Of a DNA stretch of 20,000 nt, positions 1 through 7,771 are shown piece after piece; within the stretch, counting starts at the first letter, position 1; each line of letters begins with the position of its first letter. Location of the stretch: positions 52,277 to 72,276 of IMG/VR virus record IMGVR_UViG_3300046557_000419. One strand, given 5' to 3'. The position numbers were made by a program, and so were the translations under genes. This DNA comes from an uncultured virus (IMG/VR IMGVR_UViG_3300046557_000419). Taxonomy: Duplodnaviria > Heunggongvirae > Uroviricota > Caudoviricetes. The notes beneath the pieces were generated by a model. It worked only from the letters and a program-made list of their open reading frames with translations. It had not been told where the DNA came from and did no database searches.

Positions 1-357
1 ATCAGCCGGCTGCCAGAACTCGGTGCCGTTGCGGTCAGACCAGACGTAGTTGAGGTCTTCGGTCATGAAGCCATCAGAGTGCCAGCCCGGGCGATTGCCG
101 GGGCTCTCCTTGCAGACCCACAGCGTCTTGGCCGTGACGTAGACGTAGCTGTCCAGCCACAGCGAGACGTTGCCAGCAATGTTCTGCAGGTCGCGGAACA
201 CAGCCTCGACAATCGGCTGAAACTGCCGGAGGTTGCTCGGGATCCTCTCTCCGTACTGTCCCGGCTCCTTGATCGGGCAGTACATCCAGAACATCATCTC
301 CTTCGGAGACAGGTCGACGAGTCCGAGATCGACGGGTGGGGTGCCGTAAAGCGTCAT
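1..357 (-). CDS. Phage protein with HxD motif, probable 2OG-Fe(II) oxygenase-like fold (3' truncated by window edge)
   Basis: Not in the ORF track; translated by hand: MTLYGTPPVDLGLVDLSPKEMMFWMYCPIK...SYVYVTAKTLWVCKESPGNRPGWHSDGFMTEDLNYVWSD. The ATG overlaps the upstream stop (ATGA 354-357) and the frame is open to position 1. RPGWHxDG resembles the metal-binding HxD of DSBH dioxygenases. Confidence 0.6.
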   Translation of the reverse strand, partial: MTLYGTPPVDLGLVDLSPKEMMFWMYCPIKEPGQYGERIPSNLRQFQPIVEAVFRDLQNIAGNVSLWLDSYVYVTAKTLWVCKESPGNRPGWHSDGFMTEDLNYVWSDRNGTEFWQPAD

Positions 358-914
358 CGGACGATCTCCTCGAAGATGTAGAGGCCCAGCTCCTGCTGGA
401 CGAACACGGCGCAGAAGCCGACGTACGTGAGGTTCAGGTCGTCGGGAATCTTGCCGCCGCACTTGAAGGCATAGAACTTGCGCTCCTCGTCCGGCACGTC
501 GGTCCGCACCATGGCCCACATCCAGAACATGCCGCCCTGGTCCTGCACGCGGAGGATCTCGGCGCCCTTCGGCAGCTTCATCGTGAAGCTCTCCAGCACC
601 GGCATCTGGTATTTGAAGATCACGCGGCCCGTTGCGTCGGACATCTTCTTGCCGCGGGTCTTTTCGTCCCACTGGTCGACCTGAACGGTCTCGCGTCGGG
701 CCGATCCATCGAGATTTTCGCCGCGCTGTCGCGCCTGAGCGTCCATCGTCAGAAGCTGCTCCTTGCAACGCCGACACTTGCCGCAGCCGCTGCCGATGCT
801 CATGTCGCCCTTGCACATTGCTGTGCCCTCTTCGAGGCTGTCCTTGCGGACTTCCCCGGTCAGCCCGTATCCCGACTTGTCCCGCAGGTCATCGTGATCC
901 CAGCTCGCCATCAT
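354..914 (-). CDS. Hypothetical phage protein; N-terminal CxxCxxC, C-terminal DUF7352-like domain
   Basis: Start moved to ATG 914 (GGAGG upstream, TGATG overlap with the previous stop). C-terminus RVIFKYQMP...LPKGAEILRVQDQ...WAMV resembles a common small phage domain. Confidence 0.6.
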   Translation of the reverse strand: MMASWDHDDLRDKSGYGLTGEVRKDSLEEGTAMCKGDMSIGSGCGKCRRCKEQLLTMDAQARQRGENLDGSARRETVQVDQWDEKTRGKKMSDATGRVIFKYQMPVLESFTMKLPKGAEILRVQDQGGMFWMWAMVRTDVPDEERKFYAFKCGGKIPDDLNLTYVGFCAVFVQQELGLYIFEEIVR

Positions 915-1144
915 CACCCTCCAAATTCGTCTTTGAGTTTCTCTCTGGCCTCGTCCCGGAAAGCCTCTGCTGCCGACAGCGCCTCTCTGCTGGTGCGGTA
1001 GCAGTGCTCTTCTTCTTCCGAGAGTTGGCAGATCATCCCGCCGATCGAGGGCAGGAACTTTGTCCGCCCCTCGAAGCTGCGTGCCACAGAGCGAACTTTG
1101 CCCTGTGACACGATCCGCAAGCGTGCTTCTCGCGAGTCCGTCAC
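914..1144 (-). CDS. Hypothetical protein (76 aa)
   Basis: Overlaps neighbouring genes at both ends (ATGA at 1141-1144, TGATG at 912-916). Confidence 0.65.
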   Translation of the reverse strand: MTDSREARLRIVSQGKVRSVARSFEGRTKFLPSIGGMICQLSEEEEHCYRTSREALSAAEAFRDEAREKLKDEFGG

Positions 1145-1644
1145 GTCGGCGACAGCCAGGCGCGAATGCGGGAGCGCGGATAGACGCTCTCGGCCACACG
1201 GTGACCGTGGTTGCCGCTGATCACGATCGGGTCGCCCTTGGCGGTGAAGCCAGAGACGACGCCGACATGTCCGCCACCGCGACGACCCATGGTCACGACT
1301 GCGCCGACCTGCGGAGCAATGTGCTGATGCTTCTCCCAGGAGAGAGCACGGTCATCGACGTCCTGAGCACCTGTGACCTTGCGCAGGAATGCGGAGCACC
1401 ACAGGGTCGAACGCACACCGACCTGGTGCGCCGACTCTCCAACGAATTGGCGAGCGCGACCGACGACGTCGCTGCTGGCGCTCCGGAAGCTGCCGAAGAA
1501 CGACTGCTCCTGGGGCTCGGTGACGTTGATCTTGGCCACGCGGGCGTGGTGGTGATGATGGTGGTGCCTCGGTCGGGCCTCAGCAGCCGAAAAGGACAAA
1601 GCGAGGATCGCGGCGCCAATGAGCGCCGTGTTCAGGTTCTTCAA
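1141..1644 (-). CDS. Secreted CHAP/NlpC-P60-like (TIGR02594-type) putative peptidoglycan hydrolase
   Basis: TTG start at 1644 after AGGAG. Signal peptide ending AEA, then a His7 run, then WCSAF (catalytic Cys), GHVG and ISGN motifs. Confidence 0.75.
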   Translation of the reverse strand: MKNLNTALIGAAILALSFSAAEARPRHHHHHHHARVAKINVTEPQEQSFFGSFRSASSDVVGRARQFVGESAHQVGVRSTLWCSAFLRKVTGAQDVDDRALSWEKHQHIAPQVGAVVTMGRRGGGHVGVVSGFTAKGDPIVISGNHGHRVAESVYPRSRIRAWLSPT

Positions 1645-1657
1645 GATACTTCTCCTG

Positions 1658-1978
1658 TTATGCGAGGTGGTCGGGCCAGCCGGCCTGCGATGCCGCCTCG
1701 TTGGATTGGCGCCGTGCAGCGACGGCGCGACGATCAGCCTCGACGGCTGCGTAGGTCGGCAGACGGGTCCACTCGTCGTCGTATTCGCGAGCGAGGGTCT
1801 GCTGGACCTGGGAGGCAAAGAAGCGCGCGGCTTCTTCACCCATGTCTGCGAGGACGGTGTCCCCGAAGACCATTCGGAATTTGATGTTGGTCTGCTCGCC
1901 CTCGTTCTCGATCTTCGTGGCGGCGAAGGCGATCGGACCCGCGCGGACGACGGTGAGGTTCGTAATCTTCTGGGTCAT
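1658..1978 (-). CDS. Hypothetical protein (106 aa)
   Basis: ATGA-coupled to the MT-A70 gene stop, with GGAG upstream. Confidence 0.7.
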   Translation of the reverse strand: MTQKITNLTVVRAGPIAFAATKIENEGEQTNIKFRMVFGDTVLADMGEEAARFFASQVQQTLAREYDDEWTRLPTYAAVEADRRAVAARRQSNEAASQAGWPDHLA

Positions 1979-2610
1979 GCTGCGATCTCCGTGGCTTGGA
2001 CGTTGTCGTTGTCGAACTTGCTTATCTCGTTGCCCCAGGCGTCCCAGCCGGGGCGCTGCACGCGGGCGAAGATGTCGGCCTTCGGATATGGCCCAGCCAT
2101 CTTCGCGGCATCGACGTAGCCTTGCTCGGGCTTGCGCGAGTGCTCGCGGCGCGTCTCAAGGATTGCGGAGCGGATGTTGCGAGAGTGAATGCGGGGCTTG
2201 CCGATCTTCCCGATCAGGAAAGGCTCATGGCAGTTGCGCAGGACGTAGCCCGTGCCGAAGGTCGGCCGGCTCATATCCTTGACCATCTTCACCCACACGC
2301 CCTGGGTCACGTAGGTGACGTTCCACTGGCGGAAGCACTCGCGAGCGGCGTCGTACATCGGCGCGGTGGCGTAGAGCCAAACCCACATGCCATCGCGATG
2401 GGCGAGGCGATCAACGTCGAGCGCGAAGATGTCGTCGAGCGTCATGCAGTCGTAGTGCTGCTCAGCCGACTTGCCCTTGCCGGCGTCGGAGTAGGTCTTG
2501 AAGGTCCACGGCGGGTCGATCTTCGCGAGGCCGTAATGGTTCTCCTTCAGCGGAGCGAGATTGAATGTCGGTGCCGGGATGATCGGCATGGGGCTGACGA
2601 GCATTTGCAT
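1975..2610 (-). CDS. MT-A70 family N6-adenine methyltransferase
   Basis: IDPPW catalytic motif; HYDCMTLDDI; WVK; FGTGYVLRNCHE; REHSRKP; IFAR..RPGWDAWGNE. All are hallmark MT-A70 segments. Confidence 0.93.
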   Translation of the reverse strand: MQMLVSPMPIIPAPTFNLAPLKENHYGLAKIDPPWTFKTYSDAGKGKSAEQHYDCMTLDDIFALDVDRLAHRDGMWVWLYATAPMYDAARECFRQWNVTYVTQGVWVKMVKDMSRPTFGTGYVLRNCHEPFLIGKIGKPRIHSRNIRSAILETRREHSRKPEQGYVDAAKMAGPYPKADIFARVQRPGWDAWGNEISKFDNDNVQATEIAA

Positions 2611-2838
2611 TCAAGCAAGCCTCCGGGTACGACTCGACTTCACCTCGTCCTTCGTGGCTTCGAGGTAAGCGGCCATGCCGGACTCGGTGATCTTGAATTG
2701 GTCGCCGTAGGAGGGGTGCTTCTCCTTCACGAAGAGGCCTTGCTCCGCCAGCTTCTCGGTCGTCTTGCGCATGAAGAGGCCCCAACCACCGGGGCGGGTT
2801 GCCGCATCTCTCAGCGCGTCGATCTCTCTCTTCTTCAT
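2611..2838 (-). CDS. Small hypothetical protein, possibly winged-helix-like
   Basis: TGATG-coupled start at 2838. The pattern 'KLAEQGLFVK...FKITESG' is wHTH-like. Confidence 0.55.
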   Translation of the reverse strand: MKKREIDALRDAATRPGGWGLFMRKTTEKLAEQGLFVKEKHPSYGDQFKITESGMAAYLEATKDEVKSSRTRRLA

Positions 2839-3137
2839 CACTTCCCCGATTTCTCTTTCCACTCGCGGGCCTCAGCCAGCAGTCGTTGGTCGATCACCTT
2901 GGTCTCGTCCGTCTCCATGATCGCCTGCACCAGCAGGGCGTCAGGCAGGATGGACATGCACGGCTGCTTCTTGTCCGGCCGCTTGCACGAGGTCTCGGTC
3001 AGCTTCTCGCGGACGACGAACATCTCGCGATCGGCGCCGAAGCGCTCAATCAGGCCGTCGATCTTCAGACGGCCCTCTCGATCACAGTTGCCGCACTTCA
3101 CGCGCACATAGGGCAGGGGCCATTCAGCGAGCCGCAT
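2838..3137 (-). CDS. Hypothetical Cys-containing (putative Zn-binding) protein
   Basis: CGNC...REGR...LIERFGAD...C...C pattern, seen in small rhizobial and phage proteins. Coupled to neighbours at both ends. Confidence 0.65.
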   Translation of the reverse strand: MRLAEWPLPYVRVKCGNCDREGRLKIDGLIERFGADREMFVVREKLTETSCKRPDKKQPCMSILPDALLVQAIMETDETKVIDQRLLAEAREWKEKSGK

Positions 3138-3607
3138 CAGACCTCGGCCGGCTTGGTCGTATCGATCAGGTCGCAGGTCACGCCAACCTCGGCGTAGACA
3201 GCCTGAGCCTCAGCAAGCGAGTCCTTCCATCTCTCCTTCAGCTCCTCGGGCAGCTCCGGCGCGACCACGCGGGTGATGCCGGTCTGGATGACGTGGAGAG
3301 AGCAGCGCTTGCAGGTCAGGAACGGCCAGGTGTAGAGCGTGTAGCCATGCAGGGGCTCGCGAGCGGTCAGGATCGCGTTGATCTCGCCGTGGATCACGAG
3401 GTCGTACTTGATCTCGCGGGTCGTCAGGCGGTGCTCCGTGTCCGCAATGCCGCGGGGAAAGCCGTTGTAGCCGAGCGACGCCACTGTGCGGTCCGGCCGG
3501 GTGATGACGGCGCCGACCTTGGTGCTCGGGTCCTTGGAGGCCGCTGCGGTCGACTTCGCCAGACCCAGGAAATACTGGTCCCACCAGAGCTGAGAACGCT
3601 TCGTCAT
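3137..3607 (-). CDS. dCMP deaminase
   Basis: WDQYFL, SKDPSTKVGAVI, GYNGFPRG, HGEINA (HxE) and CKRC Zn ligands. Start at ATG 3607 is coupled to the upstream stop. Confidence 0.92.
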   Translation of the reverse strand: MTKRSQLWWDQYFLGLAKSTAAASKDPSTKVGAVITRPDRTVASLGYNGFPRGIADTEHRLTTREIKYDLVIHGEINAILTAREPLHGYTLYTWPFLTCKRCSLHVIQTGITRVVAPELPEELKERWKDSLAEAQAVYAEVGVTCDLIDTTKPAEV

Positions 3608-3870
3608 GCGATCACCTTCAGGCTGAGGATGCAGTAGCCGGGCGACAGGACTGCGCTGGAGAACGCGCACGGCACGGTGCGATTGGTGATGTAGGTGACT
3701 TCCACGTTGATCTCCTCGCCCGTGTAGAGGCCGTTGATGTTGTCGTATTCCTGGAGCACCAGGACGTCGCCGATCTGGAAGCCTTCATCCTCGCGCACGT
3801 CGTGGAGCTTGCGGCCGGCCTTGATCGCCTGGAAGAAATGGGTCCAGGACTTCTTGCGGTGGACCGCCAT
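3604..3870 (-). CDS. ASCH/PUA-like (DUF3850) domain protein
   Basis: HRKKSWTHFFQAIKAGRK...R...FQIGDVLVLQEY...YTG...VTYI...GYCILS. Confidence 0.85.
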   Translation of the reverse strand: MAVHRKKSWTHFFQAIKAGRKLHDVREDEGFQIGDVLVLQEYDNINGLYTGEEINVEVTYITNRTVPCAFSSAVLSPGYCILSLKVIA

Positions 3871-4553
3871 TACTTGGCGTCCTCCTGCGTAAAGTGGTTG
3901 AAGCCATCAGCGCCGACGAAGGGCTCGCACTTGGTGACCTTGCCCTCCTTCACCGCGCGCTCGACCAGATCGAGCATCTCGGAGGTGACCACGCCCTGAT
4001 GCCCCTTGGCGCGGTAGCTCGAAACAGCACGAGCCCGGAGCTGGATGCGGGGCGAGAGCGTCTCGATCAGGTTGTCGGTCTTGACGGGCTGAACCTCGAC
4101 CTTGCGCTCGACGTAGATCTTCTTGGGCTGCTGCGGCGCGGAGACTGCGACGCCACGGGCTGCCGCTGCCTGCTCGATGGAGAGACCGGCCTCGATCTCC
4201 GCAGGCGTGCGACGGAACCGCTTCGCCTTAATCTCGACGGGTTTCTCCGCTTTCACGGTCCTCGGCCGACCGCGGGCCTTCTTCACCTTCTGTGGCAAGC
4301 TGGCACGAGCTGCCATGGCCTGCTCGATGGTGAGGCCGAGTTCGATCTCCTGCATGTTCCGCTTGAACCGCTTCGTGGCGGCCTGCGGAGCAATGATCGT
4401 TGCGAGTTCGTTAACAACTTGGGTTGTCACGACCGGGGCCGTCATGGCGATCGGCGCAGCGGTATCCTTTGCCGGAAAAACAGGCAAAACCCTCTTAAAA
4501 AAAGCTCTCAGGCTCGATCCAAGCACGTTCGGAAATCCCTTCATCGTTTGCAT
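3870..4553 (-). CDS. Basic protein with a duplicated 23-aa motif and an AT-hook-like RGRPR; putative DNA-binding protein
   Basis: KRFKRNMQEIELGLTIEQAMAAR and KRFRRTPAEIEAGLSIEQAAAAR lie 50 aa apart with KKARGRPR between them. The start is uncertain (4553 or 4544). Confidence 0.6.
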   Translation of the reverse strand: MQTMKGFPNVLGSSLRAFFKRVLPVFPAKDTAAPIAMTAPVVTTQVVNELATIIAPQAATKRFKRNMQEIELGLTIEQAMAARASLPQKVKKARGRPRTVKAEKPVEIKAKRFRRTPAEIEAGLSIEQAAAARGVAVSAPQQPKKIYVERKVEVQPVKTDNLIETLSPRIQLRARAVSSYRAKGHQGVVTSEMLDLVERAVKEGKVTKCEPFVGADGFNHFTQEDAK

Positions 4554-4793
4554 TCGGCATTTGCATTAAAGCAAATAGAGAGGAAAAGCAAGAAGTAGGA
4601 GGGGAGCCCACTCCGTTCCATTTTGAACGGTTGTTCAGGCGCCAACCCTGCGCGGAATAGAAGGTTTTGCTATCTGGTTAATCCAATTGCCGTATTTCTA
4701 CGGAACCGAAATCAGGCTTGCATTTTGATGCAAATAGCGTTAGCTCACGGTCAAGAGGCGCCTGGCGGCAGGCTGCAGGGAATGAGAACAATA
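4554..4793. promoter_or_regulatory. AT-rich divergent promoter region with palindromic operator-like sites
   Basis: The only divergent intergenic region in the window. Contains ATTTGC-ATTAAA-GCAAAT (4559-4576) and TTGCAT-TTTG-ATGCAA (4718-4733). Possible plus-strand sigma70 promoter TTGCAT-N17-TAGCTC (4718-4746). Confidence 0.55.
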
Positions 4794-5102
4794 ATGAACA
4801 CGTCCTTCGAGTATCGGTCCTATCAAGTCAGCCACGACGGCGTCGCTTTCACCGCCGAACCCCAGGACGGGGAACCCTTCCAGCTCAGATCGAAGAACAT
4901 GCTTCGCGTCACTCGGGCGATCGATACCCTTTGGAATGCCCTCGAAGGAACCGTTGCCGCCCCGGCCTGGCTGTTTGAAGAGACCAGTTCCGTCGATCTC
5001 GATGCGGCCTCGGAGGCTATGCTGATCGTTGACCGTCCGAAGTCGGTGACCTACTTCCCTTTAGGGCCCATGGCTGGGATGCCCGCCCGCGCCGCAGCCT
5101 GA
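4794..5102 (+). CDS. Hypothetical soluble protein, paralog of the N-terminal domain of the next gene
   Basis: ATG 4794 (alternative 4782). Shares YRxYxV...AIDxLWxxLE...PAW...DLD with 5108..5719. Confidence 0.75.
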   Translation: MNTSFEYRSYQVSHDGVAFTAEPQDGEPFQLRSKNMLRVTRAIDTLWNALEGTVAAPAWLFEETSSVDLDAASEAMLIVDRPKSVTYFPLGPMAGMPARAAA

Positions 5103-5107
5103 GGCTC

Positions 5108-5719
5108 GTGATGACGACGATCTACCGGAACTACGTTGTCGCTCGTGTGGGCGACAAGTTTGTTGCTAAGTCGCCGGATGATGAATGCCTGCTGGTGTCA
5201 TCACAGCAGCAACGCCTTCACGCAGCGATCGACGACCTCTGGGATTCTTTGGAGAAGGGGGGCGAGCCTGCGTGGTTCTCCGGCAGCTCTGCCATCGATC
5301 TCGACACATTCGGGCCGGAAGCGGTGCCGTCGAGTTCTGACCCCCCTGAGTCGACGCCGAGGCCGGTTCTGAGGATCAGCTACGTCGCCTTCGTCGCCAC
5401 GGCGGTAGCTGTGTCTGCGCCGGTCTCTTATTTCATGGAGACGATGTGCTGGCCGATGCGGGTCGACGTCCTGTTGACCCTCGGGGTTTGTGCGGTCGCG
5501 GTGGCCTTCGGTAGGCGCTACGCACTGATCGCGGCCGGGATCGCAGCAGTCGTATTCAACTTTTGCGCCGTGGAGCCTCTATTGGCGTTCACGGTTCCTA
5601 CGACGAGTGAGATTGTCCTGATGGCGTTCAATCTCATCGCCGCTCTCGGCATTCCCGAGTTGCTCAAGCTGCGATGTCTTCAGGCCGCACAAGGGAAAGG
5701 CCGAACTCGGCGCATCTGA
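5108..5719 (+). CDS. Membrane protein: unknown N-terminal domain plus DUF4118 (KdpD transmembrane-like) domain
   Basis: About four hydrophobic segments, including LLTLGVCAVAVAFGRRYALIAAGIAAVVFNFCAVEPLLAFTV, which match the KdpD/DUF4118 pattern. GAGG RBS at 5102-5105 region; start GTG 5108 or ATG 5111. Confidence 0.75.
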   Translation: MMTTIYRNYVVARVGDKFVAKSPDDECLLVSSQQQRLHAAIDDLWDSLEKGGEPAWFSGSSAIDLDTFGPEAVPSSSDPPESTPRPVLRISYVAFVATAVAVSAPVSYFMETMCWPMRVDVLLTLGVCAVAVAFGRRYALIAAGIAAVVFNFCAVEPLLAFTVPTTSEIVLMAFNLIAALGIPELLKLRCLQAAQGKGRTRRI

Positions 5720-6317
5720 TCATCATGTCTTGTGTCCCTGTCCCGCCAGGACACGCGACAGCAAGCTGCGGGCGACCTTCGCGCAGCATTTGTTCATTTC
5801 GTACGTGGCCGGCAAGCACATCGTAGAGCTTGCCATATTTGTTCTTTTTCACCACGGCGCCCGGCCGATCGATGTTATCCCAGTCGGCCGGGTAGGGATC
5901 AAACGCGACACCACGATCCTCAGCCCATTTGCGAGCCAGCCTGTCAGCTCCAGACGCCTCCCCCTCAACGATGCATGTGATCCGCCTACGCGCATCGAGC
6001 GCGTCCAGACCGCGATACAGCGTATCTCTGTCGGCGTAGTTGCGGCCACCGAACACGACCACGCGGAAGTTCGCCTTCAGCAGGATCGAGTCACCGTGGC
6101 AGCGGTGCGGCGCGCAGTAGCACTTCAGGTTACTGCCGGTCAGCGCCGAGACATCCATGTCCGGCAGCTGCTCGCAGTCGAACATATTGCAGACCTGGTC
6201 GCGGTCGCCGTGCGCCCCGATGACGAACCGGTTGCCATAGGGCGAGCCGCGGCCGATGTAGACCGCGTCTGCTGGGGCGTCCTGGTGGTGGACGTTGTAG
6301 ACTCGAGGCGCCGGCAT
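5664..6317 (-). CDS. DUF4326 domain fused to a YspA/DUF2493-type SLOG domain
   Basis: N-terminal VYIGRGSPYGNRF...LKCYCAPHRCHGD (DUF4326). C-terminal VVVFGGRNY...VEGEASGADRLA...ADW...AGHVRNEQM...PGGTGTQDM (SLOG). Confidence 0.85.
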   Translation of the reverse strand: MPAPRVYNVHHQDAPADAVYIGRGSPYGNRFVIGAHGDRDQVCNMFDCEQLPDMDVSALTGSNLKCYCAPHRCHGDSILLKANFRVVVFGGRNYADRDTLYRGLDALDARRRITCIVEGEASGADRLARKWAEDRGVAFDPYPADWDNIDRPGAVVKKNKYGKLYDVLAGHVRNEQMLREGRPQLAVACPGGTGTQDMMIRCAEFGLSLVRPEDIAA

Positions 6318-6670
6318 CAGTTCATACCCTTTGGTCCGATCCCGATCGCGGTCAGCCTTGCCTTGAGCTGCTCATCGGTCTCGCCATCCTGCCGCTCCGT
6401 GAGGTAGCACTTCGCGGCATAGTTCAGCTTCTCGTCACGCAACGGTTCGAGCTGCCCCTGAATAGTCTCGGGCTTGATCTGTTGCAAAAGCTGCTCCGCC
6501 GGGATGGTGCGGGTCAGGCTTGCCATGCCTGGATTGGTGCAGACTGCCTTCAGTTGGCCTGGACCTTCGACGGAGGTGATCTTGAAGTACACCCCGTGAG
6601 CAAACCCCACCCCGTTGAACTGGGTCATCGCAATGCCGGCAATCCGGCCGATCAGATCATCATCGTTCAT
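6317..6670 (-). CDS. Hypothetical protein (117 aa)
   Basis: Start at ATG 6670 is ATGA-coupled, with AAAGGAAAG upstream. The stop overlaps the next start (TGATG). Confidence 0.65.
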   Translation of the reverse strand: MNDDDLIGRIAGIAMTQFNGVGFAHGVYFKITSVEGPGQLKAVCTNPGMASLTRTIPAEQLLQQIKPETIQGQLEPLRDEKLNYAAKCYLTERQDGETDEQLKARLTAIGIGPKGMN

Positions 6671-7086
6671 GTCGTCTTTCCTTTCATCCAGCTCAGCTGC
6701 TGGCCCATCATCAGACCTTCCATAGGCACCTCGACATCCCCGAACAAGAGTCTGAAGGTCGGCATCAGGAACTCGCGATAGCTGACGCCTGCGAGCACGA
6801 TCGCCTTCGTGCCCATGATGCGTTGGCGCTCCAGTTGTTCCTGGACCATGGCCGTCCAGTCCTTTCGGAGTTTGACGCCGAGGCCATTGAGCGTGAGATC
6901 GTACGGGTCCGTGACACGGTACGGATGGAGCAGGCCAGCGCTGGCCGACAGGATGAACCACCGGTCGGCGTTGCGGCGGGCGTACTCCTTCGCCATCTGG
7001 AACCACGGGGAGATGTAGAGGTCCTGCGCCGGAAGCGGTCGGTCCGCCTTGGTCTTCACGCAGGATACGAATGCGACTCGGGTCAT
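6667..7086 (-). CDS. DUF6884-like protein
   Basis: VSCVKTK...PAQDLYISPWF...WFILSA..GLL...PYDLTL...LAGVSY...PMEGL..GQQLSW pattern. Start at ATG 7086 is coupled. Confidence 0.8.
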   Translation of the reverse strand: MTRVAFVSCVKTKADRPLPAQDLYISPWFQMAKEYARRNADRWFILSASAGLLHPYRVTDPYDLTLNGLGVKLRKDWTAMVQEQLERQRIMGTKAIVLAGVSYREFLMPTFRLLFGDVEVPMEGLMMGQQLSWMKGKTT

Positions 7087-7469
7087 GATGCCAATCCTGC
7101 CCAGTGAAGTTGATGGGTGTCGTCGAAGATCCAGCCGGAGATGCGGCCGACCTGCGATGGCGACGCGCGGTTCTGACGCATCCAGGCGTAGGCGCCGTTC
7201 TCGGCCGCGTGCGTGACCTTCACATGGTAGCCGCTCGACCTGATCTCGCCCGGCGAGCCCAACATGAACTTCCGCAGAGGCGAGAGCCCGCTCCAGGCGC
7301 CTGCAACACGGCTGCACATCAGGTCGAAGGTTTCGTCGGTCATGAACGACTGGTCGTGGCGATAGTAGAGCAGGGACGCGACGACGATCTGCCGAGCACA
7401 GAGGTCGAGCGATGGCCCAGCCTCCTTCGCGGGCGGCAGGTCGGCAAACAGATCCAGCGTCTCGCTCAT
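7083..7469 (-). CDS. Stand-alone NAD-dependent DNA ligase subdomain Ia-like (Nlig-Ia) protein
   Basis: ASLLYYRHDQSFMTDETFD matches the LigA Ia motif (YYxxDxPxxSDxEYD). No ligase catalytic core follows. Confidence 0.65.
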   Translation of the reverse strand: MSETLDLFADLPPAKEAGPSLDLCARQIVVASLLYYRHDQSFMTDETFDLMCSRVAGAWSGLSPLRKFMLGSPGEIRSSGYHVKVTHAAENGAYAWMRQNRASPSQVGRISGWIFDDTHQLHWAGLAS

Positions 7470-7771
7470 TGTGACCTCTTCGGCGGTGCCGGCCGGCGCA
7501 TCCAGTGCGTCGCCTTAACCTCTGGGGATAGCGCGTAGCCGGGAGGCAGACCTCCGGACGGGTACCAGCCCGGTCGGTTCGGCGGGAAGTGCCGCCACCG
7601 CACGTCTGTCACCCGGCCCTGGAGCATCGGCTGACCACGCTTCACCTGGTAGGCACCGGGGCAGTAGAACTTGACCATGCTGTGGTCGACGTCCGGGCCG
7701 GCGCTCTCGATCCAGAGATCCACCACTGACCCATCTGTCGGCGCGCTGTCGATCGCCTCCCACTCGCTCAT
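7466..7771 (-). CDS. DUF551-like phage protein
   Basis: MSEWEAIDSAPTDGSVVDLW...ATHWMRRPAPP, the typical W.PI..AP.DG / THWM..P..P termini. Confidence 0.75.
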   Translation of the reverse strand: MSEWEAIDSAPTDGSVVDLWIESAGPDVDHSMVKFYCPGAYQVKRGQPMLQGRVTDVRWRHFPPNRPGWYPSGGLPPGYALSPEVKATHWMRRPAPPKRSQ

